Notes under the pieces: model-generated | Seen by the model: the letters and a program-made list of their open reading frames with translations, nothing else | Databases searched by the model: none | Told to the model about the DNA's origin: nothing | Shown here: positions 7,711-14,839 of the stretch, piece by piece | Layout of the letters: every line of letters begins with the position of its first letter | Numbering within the stretch: the stretch's first letter is position 1 | Translations under genes and position numbers: made by a program | Assembly (NCBI GenBank): GCA_020351835.1 | Contig: CP070669.1 | Span: forward strand, 2,125,079-2,139,917 | Length of the DNA: 14,839 nt | Reading direction: 5' to 3' | DNA from: Nitrospirota bacterium | Lineage (GTDB): Bacteria; Nitrospirota; Thermodesulfovibrionia; Thermodesulfovibrionales; BMS3Bbin05

Positions 7711-8952
7711 ATGATAAAGAACTTGGAGCATGTTTCGGAAACGAAAAAGAGGATGACTGTCGAGATACCGGCGGATGTCATCGAGAAGAAGATCAGGGAG
7801 GAGCTCCTTAATGTGGGGCGAAGGGTGAAGATACCTGGGTTCAGGCCCGGCAAGGCGCCGATATCGCTGCTTGATAAGAAGTTCGGAAAGGATGTCGAAT
7901 CGGATGTGCTGCAGAAAGTTGTGCCTGAGTATTATTCAAGGGCTATGCAGGAGGCAAAGCTATCACCGATATCTAACCCGGAATTTGAGAAAAGCGATTA
8001 CAAGAGGAACGACCCTCTTGAGATGACATTTACAGTTGAAGTACTGCCGGAGATAAAAGAACTTAAATATGAAGGGGTGCAGATAAAGGCCGTGGAACCG
8101 GAGATCACCGAAGAAGAGGTGGAAACGGCCATGAAGCGTATCCAGGCCGAGAAGCTGTCATTTGAACCTGCAGGAAGGCCGGCGGAGAAGGACGATGTGG
8201 TAACGATGGATTACGAGGTAATAGAGGACGGCAAAGAGCATAAGGATGAGATCTTCAAGGTGGGAAGCGATCAATACCCTGAGGAGCTTTCGGAGGAGAT
8301 CAAGGGAAAGAAGGCGGGAGATGATTTTGAAGTAAAGCTCACCTTCCCGGAAGGGCATAACTCGGACCTTAAAGGCAGGACCGTGACATTTAAGGGATCG
8401 ATAAAGGAGATCAAAGTTCTCAAGCTTCCTGATATTGACGAGAGTTTTGCCAGGGACGCGGGGTTTGAAGGGCTGGCTGCTTTTAAGGATGCATTAAAGG
8501 CTGATATCAGGTCTGCAAAGGCAGTCCAGATAAGGAAGAAACAGATAGTCGAGATAATAGAGAAGCTAGTAGATTCTCATGAATTTGCAGTTCCTGAAGG
8601 AATGCTTGAGAACGAACTGTCAGCGCTCTTGACCTCCGAAAGAGGAAAAGATGAAAATAAAGACAAGGATGAGAGCTCTTTGAAGGAAGAGCTTAGGCCT
8701 GAAGCCTTAAAGAACGCAAAATCTGCAGTATTGTTAAATGTAATAGGTGACAAAGAGAACGTAACTGTATCTGAAGAAGAGATGAAGGAAAAGATATTCG
8801 AACTGTCGCAGATGACCCAGATACCTCCTCAGAACCTGGTCCAGATGTATATGTCGAAAGACGGATCGCTTGAGGGGCTGAGATATGGGGTGTTCAAGGA
8901 GAAGGTCGCTGAACTTATTCATTCTAAAGCAGTGATCGGGAAAGGAGAATAG
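7711..8952 (+). CDS. tig: trigger factor
   Basis: N-terminal ribosome-binding signature KIPGFRPGKAPISLLDKKFG, FKBP-like middle domain, location before clpP; AGGAGG Shine-Dalgarno at 7701-7706. Confidence 0.96.
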   Translation: MIKNLEHVSETKKRMTVEIPADVIEKKIREELLNVGRRVKIPGFRPGKAPISLLDKKFGKDVESDVLQKVVPEYYSRAMQEAKLSPISNPEFEKSDYKRNDPLEMTFTVEVLPEIKELKYEGVQIKAVEPEITEEEVETAMKRIQAEKLSFEPAGRPAEKDDVVTMDYEVIEDGKEHKDEIFKVGSDQYPEELSEEIKGKKAGDDFEVKLTFPEGHNSDLKGRTVTFKGSIKEIKVLKLPDIDESFARDAGFEGLAAFKDALKADIRSAKAVQIRKKQIVEIIEKLVDSHEFAVPEGMLENELSALLTSERGKDENKDKDESSLKEELRPEALKNAKSAVLLNVIGDKENVTVSEEEMKEKIFELSQMTQIPPQNLVQMYMSKDGSLEGLRYGVFKEKVAELIHSKAVIGKGE

Positions 8953-9558
8953 ATGAGCATTATACCAATGGTCATTGAGCAGACCGGAAGGTCGGAACGG
9001 GCCTATGATATATACTCGAGGCTCTTGAAGGACAGGATAATCTTTATGGGTACCGCTATAGATGATAATGTAGCGAATACTGTTATAGCACAGCTGCTGT
9101 TCCTGCAGACAGAGGATCCCGAGAAGGACATACATCTTTATGTGAACTCGCCGGGAGGAATAGTATCATCCGGCCTGGCTATATACGATACTATGAGATA
9201 TGTGAAGCCTGACATTGCCACATATTGTATCGGTCAGGCTGCAAGCATGGGAGCTTTATTACTGGCTGCGGGGTCTAAAGGGAAGAGGTTCATTCTCCCG
9301 CACTCCAGAGTGATGATACACCAGCCCATGGGAGGATTTCAGGGGCAGGCGACGGATGTAGAGATACATGCCAGGGAGATATTGAAGCTGAAAGACACCC
9401 TGAACGGGATCCTGGCAGACCATACGGGACAGCCGATAGAGAAGATACAGGCTGATACCGACAGGGATTTCTTTATGTCACCGGAAGAAGCAAAGACTTA
9501 TGGGATCGTTGATGAGGTAATATATGCCATCAGCGATACATCAAAGGACAGGCAATAA
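8953..9558 (+). CDS. clpP: ATP-dependent Clp protease proteolytic subunit
   Basis: [33 protein letters not shown]; catalytic-site contexts [14 protein letters not shown] and MIHQPMGG; starts directly after the tig stop. Confidence 0.99.
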   Translation: MSIIPMVIEQTGRSERAYDIYSRLLKDRIIFMGTAIDDNVANTVIAQLLFLQTEDPEKDIHLYVNSPGGIVSSGLAIYDTMRYVKPDIATYCIGQAASMGALLLAAGSKGKRFILPHSRVMIHQPMGGFQGQATDVEIHAREILKLKDTLNGILADHTGQPIEKIQADTDRDFFMSPEEAKTYGIVDEVIYAISDTSKDRQ

Positions 9559-9570
9559 ACGGGAGAACAC

Positions 9571-10806
9571 ATGTCGAAGAAAGATGAACTTCAGTTAAAA
9601 TGTTCTTTTTGCGGTAAGGGGCAGGAAGAGGTAAGGAAGCTCATAGCGGGCCCAACCGTGTATATTTGCGATGAGTGCGTTGAGCTGTGCAACGAGATAA
9701 TTGCTGAAGAACTGCATTCAGAAGCTGAAGGTTCGGTACACCCTAAACTTCCTACGCCGGCAGAGATAAATGAGTTTCTGCAGGAATACGTGATCGGTCA
9801 GGAGAGGGCCAAAAAGATACTTTCGGTCGCCGTATACAACCATTATAAAAGGATATATAACCCTCATGACAAAGAGGTGGAGCTCCAGAAGAGCAACATA
9901 CTCCTCATAGGACCTACAGGTACGGGTAAGACCTTGCTTGCCCAAACTCTTGCAAGACTTTTGGACGTTCCCTTTACGATAGCCGATGCAACCACACTAA
10001 CCGAGGCGGGTTATGTCGGAGAAGATGTGGAGAATATAATCCTTAAGCTTCTGCAGTCCGCTAACTATGATGTAGAGAGGGCACAAAGAGGCATCGTATA
10101 TATCGATGAAATAGACAAGATAAGCAAGAAGTCGGATAATCCTTCCATAACAAGGGATGTTTCGGGCGAAGGGGTCCAGCAGGCTCTTCTGAAGATCATC
10201 GAGGGAACTATAGCTAACATACCTCCCCAGGGAGGGAGAAAACACCCGCAGCAGGAATATGTTCAGGTGGATACGACAAATGTGCTCTTCATCTGCGGTG
10301 GTGCTTTTGTCGGGCTGGATGAGATAGTGGAGCTTCGCACCGGGAAAAGGATGATGGGATTCGGTGCTGAACTAGTATCTAAGAGGCGGGTAGGCAATGT
10401 GCTCGACAGTGTCCAGTCGGAGGACCTTCTTAAATACGGCATAATACCTGAGATGATAGGCAGGCTGCCTGTAGTGGCGAGCCTGGATGAGCTTAACGAA
10501 GACGCCCTGGTCAAGATATTGACCATACCGAAGAACGCCCTTGTTAAACAGTACCAGAAACTACTTTCTCTTGAAGATGTTAAACTGCAGTTCTCCGAGG
10601 GAGCTCTGAAGGCAATAGCCAAAAAAGCCATAAAAAGGAAGACAGGCGCAAGAGGGCTGAGAGCGATCCTTGAGGAGATAATGCTGGATGTTATGTATGA
10701 GGTCCCTTCAAGCAAGTCGATCAAGGAATGTATCGTTAATGAGGAAACGGTGGTCAAGCATGAGAAGCCTATCCTTGTTTACGAACCGAAAGCCGAATCC
10801 GCGTGA
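9571..10806 (+). CDS. clpX: Clp protease ATP-binding subunit ClpX
   Basis: N-terminal zinc finger CSFCGK...CDECVELC; Walker A GPTGTGKT; Walker B VYIDEIDK; 411 aa. Confidence 0.99.
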   Translation: MSKKDELQLKCSFCGKGQEEVRKLIAGPTVYICDECVELCNEIIAEELHSEAEGSVHPKLPTPAEINEFLQEYVIGQERAKKILSVAVYNHYKRIYNPHDKEVELQKSNILLIGPTGTGKTLLAQTLARLLDVPFTIADATTLTEAGYVGEDVENIILKLLQSANYDVERAQRGIVYIDEIDKISKKSDNPSITRDVSGEGVQQALLKIIEGTIANIPPQGGRKHPQQEYVQVDTTNVLFICGGAFVGLDEIVELRTGKRMMGFGAELVSKRRVGNVLDSVQSEDLLKYGIIPEMIGRLPVVASLDELNEDALVKILTIPKNALVKQYQKLLSLEDVKLQFSEGALKAIAKKAIKRKTGARGLRAILEEIMLDVMYEVPSSKSIKECIVNEETVVKHEKPILVYEPKAESA

Positions 10807-10828
10807 TACTTCCGGGAATGTTCTGCCA

Positions 10829-11263
10829 CTAAGACCTCTCGTCGCCCAGGGACCTTTCTATGGCTTTCCTGATAGCGTTCTTAAGTTGATCGCTCTTTAT
10901 GGCAGATGAAGTTTCTTGTGCAAATTCCCTGTCCTTATCGGATACTGTTGTTGCTTCTTTATTAAGTGGTTCTGAAGTCCGCTTTTTCCTGATGCGGCCT
11001 AACTTGAAACGAACGCTTGTGATGTCGAAAGGTTCTAATTTGGACAGGATATTGGTCTGGTAGTACTGGAGTTCATGGAGCCATTCAGCAGAGTCCACAT
11101 TGATAACGAGCTTGCCGCCTTTGTAATGGTCAGGGTCTGTGTGGCCGGATATGGTATCACCAACGATCTCGTTCCAGCGCCTTCTTAGCATCTCAACTGT
11201 AACAGCCTTGCCGATACCGAGCTCTCTGATCAAGTCTTCAAAGGCCTTGGAGAGCCTTTCCAT
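10829..11263 (-). CDS. DUF721 / DciA-like protein (candidate replicative helicase loader)
   Basis: WNEIVGDTISGHTDPDHYKGGKLVINVDSAEWLHELQYYQTNILSKL matches the DUF721 pattern. Its start ATG immediately follows the rpmB stop (TAAATG). Confidence 0.8.
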   Translation of the reverse strand: MERLSKAFEDLIRELGIGKAVTVEMLRRRWNEIVGDTISGHTDPDHYKGGKLVINVDSAEWLHELQYYQTNILSKLEPFDITSVRFKLGRIRKKRTSEPLNKEATTVSDKDREFAQETSSAIKSDQLKNAIRKAIERSLGDERS

Positions 11264-11452
11264 TTAAATGACTTTGACTACTTTACCTGATTTAATACAC
11301 CTTGTGCAGACAGATGCGCTTAACAGAGTACCCTTATCGTTTATCTTTATCTTCTGAAGGTTAGGTTTGCTCCACCTTTTGTTCTTGTTGTTAGCGTGGC
11401 TGACCCTGTTCCCTACTTTCTTGGCCTTCCCGCATACATAGCATACCGCCAT
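11264..11452 (-). CDS. rpmB: 50S ribosomal protein L28, Cys4 (zinc-ribbon) form
   Basis: MAVCYVCGKAKKVGNRVSHANNKNKRWSKPNLQKI...SVCTRCIKSGKV; AGGAGA Shine-Dalgarno upstream on the minus strand. Confidence 0.97.
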   Translation of the reverse strand: MAVCYVCGKAKKVGNRVSHANNKNKRWSKPNLQKIKINDKGTLLSASVCTRCIKSGKVVKVI

Positions 11453-11482
11453 CCCGTGTCTCCTTTCGTGAAGTGCTTTAAA

Positions 11483-11498
11483 TCTGCAAAATTGCAGA
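11483..11498. promoter_or_regulatory. inverted repeat in the rpmB/ylxR divergent intergenic region
   Basis: TCTGCAA (11483-11489) AA TTGCAGA (11492-11498). Confidence 0.3.
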
Positions 11499-11531
11499 AA
11501 AAAAGTTGTTTATGATAACATTTTATGATAA

Positions 11532-11792
11532 ATGAAACAAGAGCCTCTAAGGACCTGCATAAGTTGCGGTAAGAAAAGGTCTAAAACCAGTATGTTAAGG
11601 TTCGTTATCAGGGACCGGGGCGCAGTTCTGGACAGAAAGATGAGGATGGAAGGCCGCGGATTCTATATATGTCCGTTAAGTGATTGCCTGACGGGCTTGA
11701 GAACAAGGTCCGGCAAGGCAAGGAAATATAAATTGTCAGATGAACACTTTAATACTATACGCGAAGAGATAGCGTCGGAGGTTTTAACTTAA
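11532..11792 (+). CDS. ylxR: YlxR (DUF448) family RNA-binding protein
   Basis: MKQEPLRTCISCGKKRSKTSMLRFV N-terminus and GRGFYICP segment; immediately upstream of infB. Confidence 0.93.
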   Translation: MKQEPLRTCISCGKKRSKTSMLRFVIRDRGAVLDRKMRMEGRGFYICPLSDCLTGLRTRSGKARKYKLSDEHFNTIREEIASEVLT

Positions 11793-14260
11793 TGGCAGAC
11801 AAGATCAGGGTTCATGAGCTAGCAAAAGAAGTGGGTAAGGACAGCAAGGAAGTTATAGAGCTTCTTGAAAAGAGTGGCGTGAAGGGAAAGAAGGCAATGT
11901 CGGCCCTTGAGGAAGATGAGGCAGCAAAGGTAAGAGCTGTCGGCGGTAAGGCCAAGACCGTAAAGAAGGCAAAGAAGAAGGATGAAAAGTCGGCGGCCAA
12001 GACAAAGAAGAAGACCGCGGTAAAAAAGAAATCTGCTTCGGCGAAAAAAGCTGTCAAGAAGAAGACCGTTGAAAAGAAAGAAACCTCATCTAAGAAGAAG
12101 GTTACGCCAAAGAAAGCGGCTAAAGTAAAGAAGGCCGATGGTAAAAAGAAAGAAAAGAAGGTCACGCCGGAAGAGGAGGCTGTAGTACGGACGGTCCCGA
12201 AGGAAGAGAGGAAGCAGGAGAAGAAGTTAAGGATACCGGCCCCCATTAAAGAACCTGTTGTCATGGAAGATGTAGGTGACGACACTGAAGTAGAACTGCC
12301 TGACAGGTTCAAAAAAGAAGTAGATGCTGATAGTGCAGATAAGGCTAAGGTCAAGCCATCCATGAAGCGCGCTTTCGAGACTATCAGGAAAATAGAACCC
12401 CGGAAGTGGTTTGATCAGAAAACGACGAGGAAACACGGCAAGCAGAGGCCTGCGGTTAAAGTAGAGAAGAAGATAGTAGCTCCCACGGTAACGGCGCCAC
12501 GTAAGAAATCCATTAAGATCCAGGAGGGTATGACCGTTAAGGAGTTCGCCGAGCTTCTGGGCCAGAAACTTCCGGAAATAATAAAGAGGTTCATGGAACT
12601 CGGCATAATGGCGACCATAAACCAGCCTGTCGATATTGATGCTGCTGTCCTGGTCGCTGACGCACTTGATATAAAGGTCGAGGTAGCAGCCGCCGATGAA
12701 GATATCGATGTTATAGAGGATACATCAAAAGAAGAGAACATGGTTCCCAGGTCTCCTGTCGTAACGATCATGGGGCATGTCGATCATGGTAAGACATCGC
12801 TTCTGGATGCAATAAGAGAGACGAAGGTCACTGAGTCGGAGGCCGGGGGCATTACACAGCATATTGGTGCGTATGAAGTTAATATTAAGGGAAAGAAGAT
12901 AGCCTTCCTGGATACCCCGGGTCACGAGGCATTTACCATGATGAGAGCACGCGGGGCAAAAGTGACCGATATAGTTGTCCTTGTAGTGGCTGCGGATGAC
13001 GGTGTAATGCCTCAGACCGTGGAGGCAATAGACCATTCCAAGGCTGCTGAGGTCCCCATAGTAGTAGCTATAAATAAGATAGACAAGCCCGAAGCCAATG
13101 TGCAGAGGATCAAGACCGAGCTGGCAGAGCATGGGATAGTCCCTGAAGAATGGGGAGGTACCAACATAATGGTAGAGGTATCCGCCAAACAGAGGATCGG
13201 GATAGAGGATGTTCTCGAGATGATCCTTCTGCAGGCTGAGATGCTCGAGCTTAAGGCCGATCCTAAGGCGTCGGGGATCGGTACTATAATAGAATCAAGG
13301 CTTGACAAGGGCAGAGGTGCAGTAGCAACGATCCTTGTGCAGTCGGGAACGATCCGCGTTGGTGATGCATTCGTTGCCGGGACCTCATTTGGTAAAGTAA
13401 GGGCCCTTAATGATGATATCGGAAAGAGGGTGAAGGAGGCAGGTCCGTCGGTGCCGGTCGAGGTGGTTGGTTTTGCCGAGGTGCCTCAGGCAGGTGATAT
13501 GCTGTCGGTCGTTGGTGATGAGAAAAAGGCCCGGCAGATAGCAATGGCAAGACATCAGAAGGAGCGTTTGACTCAGATCGCAAGGGCAAGGAAGGTGAAG
13601 CTTGACCAGGTCTATGATCAGATCAAGGATGGGGAGATAAGGGAGCTTAACCTTATAATAAAGGCCGATGTGCAGGGTTCAGCGGAAGCGATCAAGGACT
13701 CCTTTGAAGGCATAATCCACCCTGAGGTGAAGGTAAGGGTGATACATACAGCGGTAGGAGGCATTAATGAATCTGATGTTATGCTTGCAACGGCCTCCAA
13801 TGCGATCATTATCGGTTTCAATGTAAGACCGGAGGTGAAGGCTGCAAAGGTAGCAGAGAGCGAAGGAGTCGATATCAAACTTTATAACGTGATCTATGAG
13901 GCTATAGATGATGTAAAGAAAGCTCTCGAGGGACTTTTGGAGCCCACACTTAAAGAGAATATCCTTGGCAGGGCTGAGGTCAGGGACCTGTTCACAATAT
14001 CGAGGTTAGGTACGATTGCAGGATGTTATGTCATTGACGGAGTAATAAAGAGGAACAGTGATGGTATACGTGTGATAAGGGATAATATCGTAGTTTATGA
14101 TGGAAAGATAGCATCACTAAAGAGGTTCAAGGAGGATACCGGTGAGGTCCAGTCCGGATATGAGTGTGGCATCCTTGTAGAGAATTTCAATGATATAAAG
14201 ACCGGCGATATACTCGAGAACTATATAATTGAGAAAATCGCAACAAAGCTCGAACAGTAG
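11792..14260 (+). CDS. infB: translation initiation factor IF-2
   Basis: G-domain motifs GHVDHGKT (12773-12796), DTPGHEAF and NKIDKPEA; N-terminal IF2_N motif IRVHELAKEVGKDSKEVIELL; 822 aa; start overlaps the ylxR stop (TAATG). Confidence 0.99.
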   Translation: MADKIRVHELAKEVGKDSKEVIELLEKSGVKGKKAMSALEEDEAAKVRAVGGKAKTVKKAKKKDEKSAAKTKKKTAVKKKSASAKKAVKKKTVEKKETSSKKKVTPKKAAKVKKADGKKKEKKVTPEEEAVVRTVPKEERKQEKKLRIPAPIKEPVVMEDVGDDTEVELPDRFKKEVDADSADKAKVKPSMKRAFETIRKIEPRKWFDQKTTRKHGKQRPAVKVEKKIVAPTVTAPRKKSIKIQEGMTVKEFAELLGQKLPEIIKRFMELGIMATINQPVDIDAAVLVADALDIKVEVAAADEDIDVIEDTSKEENMVPRSPVVTIMGHVDHGKTSLLDAIRETKVTESEAGGITQHIGAYEVNIKGKKIAFLDTPGHEAFTMMRARGAKVTDIVVLVVAADDGVMPQTVEAIDHSKAAEVPIVVAINKIDKPEANVQRIKTELAEHGIVPEEWGGTNIMVEVSAKQRIGIEDVLEMILLQAEMLELKADPKASGIGTIIESRLDKGRGAVATILVQSGTIRVGDAFVAGTSFGKVRALNDDIGKRVKEAGPSVPVEVVGFAEVPQAGDMLSVVGDEKKARQIAMARHQKERLTQIARARKVKLDQVYDQIKDGEIRELNLIIKADVQGSAEAIKDSFEGIIHPEVKVRVIHTAVGGINESDVMLATASNAIIIGFNVRPEVKAAKVAESEGVDIKLYNVIYEAIDDVKKALEGLLEPTLKENILGRAEVRDLFTISRLGTIAGCYVIDGVIKRNSDGIRVIRDNIVVYDGKIASLKRFKEDTGEVQSGYECGILVENFNDIKTGDILENYIIEKIATKLEQ

Positions 14261-14281
14261 TAAAGGGCCCCGGATCAGCCT

Positions 14282-14560
14282 ATGCTGGTTGGACTTCTCA
14301 CAGTAGAAATATTCATTCCCGAAGCTAATTCACTCAAATCTAAGAGGTATGTTGTGAACTCACTTAAAGACAGGTTAAAGAACAAGTTCAATGTATCCGT
14401 TGCGGAGGAGGCGAACGACCTATGGCAGAGAACTATTATTGCCGTTGCATGTGTTTCGAACAAAAAGGGACATCTTCAGGATGTTATGCAGAAGGTTAAG
14501 GACTTTATTCTTAATGAACATGATCTCGAGGTTATAGATCATAATATGGAGATCATCTGA
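14282..14560 (+). CDS. DUF503 (YlxP-like) protein
   Basis: MLVGLLTVEIFIPEANSLKSKRYVVNSLKDRLKNKFNVSVAE, located between infB and rbfA. Confidence 0.9.
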   Translation: MLVGLLTVEIFIPEANSLKSKRYVVNSLKDRLKNKFNVSVAEEANDLWQRTIIAVACVSNKKGHLQDVMQKVKDFILNEHDLEVIDHNMEII

Positions 14561-14561
14561 A

Positions 14562-14839
14562 ATGAACCCTTATAAACGTTCGGTGAGGGTCGCAGACCTG
14601 CTTCGTGAGGAGATATCCCTTATCGTTATGAGGCGTATAAAGGACCCCAGGCTGGGTTTCGTGACGGTTACTGCGGTAAAGGTAACTGATGACCTGAAGC
14701 TGGCCAGGGTATATATCAGTGTGATGGATAAGAAGAACGCCGAGAGCTCATTAGAGGTGCTTACTTCAGCAAAAGGGTTCATAAGGTCCGAGCTCTCAAA
14801 GACGGTCAAATTGAAGTACATCCCTCAGCTTGAGTTTTT
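14562..14839 (+). CDS. rbfA: 30S ribosome-binding factor A, 3' end cut by window end
   Basis: MNPYKRSVRVADLLREEISLIVMRRIKDPRLGFVTVTAVKVTDDLKLARVYISV; the frame is open to base 14839. Confidence 0.95.
   Translation, partial: MNPYKRSVRVADLLREEISLIVMRRIKDPRLGFVTVTAVKVTDDLKLARVYISVMDKKNAESSLEVLTSAKGFIRSELSKTVKLKYIPQLEF

Noticed and set aside
9718-10757. Minus-strand ORFs antisense to clpX, including 164 aa at 10263-10757
   Set aside because: They are fully contained in highly conserved clpX and show no motif support.
11812-13878. Minus-strand ORFs antisense to infB, including 183 aa at 11812-12363
   Set aside because: They are antisense to a confidently identified gene, and the longest is the complement of the Lys/Ala-rich tract.
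1-14839. Possible defence, toxin-antitoxin, CRISPR, retron or mobile-element system
   Set aside because: No spaced direct-repeat array, transposase or integrase motif, reverse transcriptase motif or paired small toxin/antitoxin-like genes were seen. The recognised genes are core functions.

Overview
The window is mostly a conserved bacterial housekeeping region. On the minus strand it carries a Lys/Ala-rich histone-like protein, truncated at the window start, directly downstream of polA. A cold-shock gene diverges from polA. It is followed by an uncharacterised small Lys-rich protein, an MscS-type channel, a lipoprotein with a tandem repeat and a very highly charged tail, a probable DUF3786 protein and a convergent SpoIIAA/STAS-like protein. 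Next come tig-clpP-clpX, a minus-strand rpmB-dciA (DUF721) pair, and ylxR-infB-ylxP(DUF503)-rbfA, truncated at the window end. I found no CRISPR array, transposase, tRNA, rRNA, phage gene or defence system, and I do not claim a novel multi-gene system. The best leads are: (a) the Lys/Ala-rich ORF after polA, which the supplied ORF track misses because it runs off the window; (b) a terminator-like hairpin with a U-tract between the polA and csp starts, possibly a csp leader attenuator; (c) the uncharacterised ORF at 3728-4126; (d) the repeat plus charged-tail lipoprotein at 5359-6465. All family calls are from motif recognition by eye and no database search was run.
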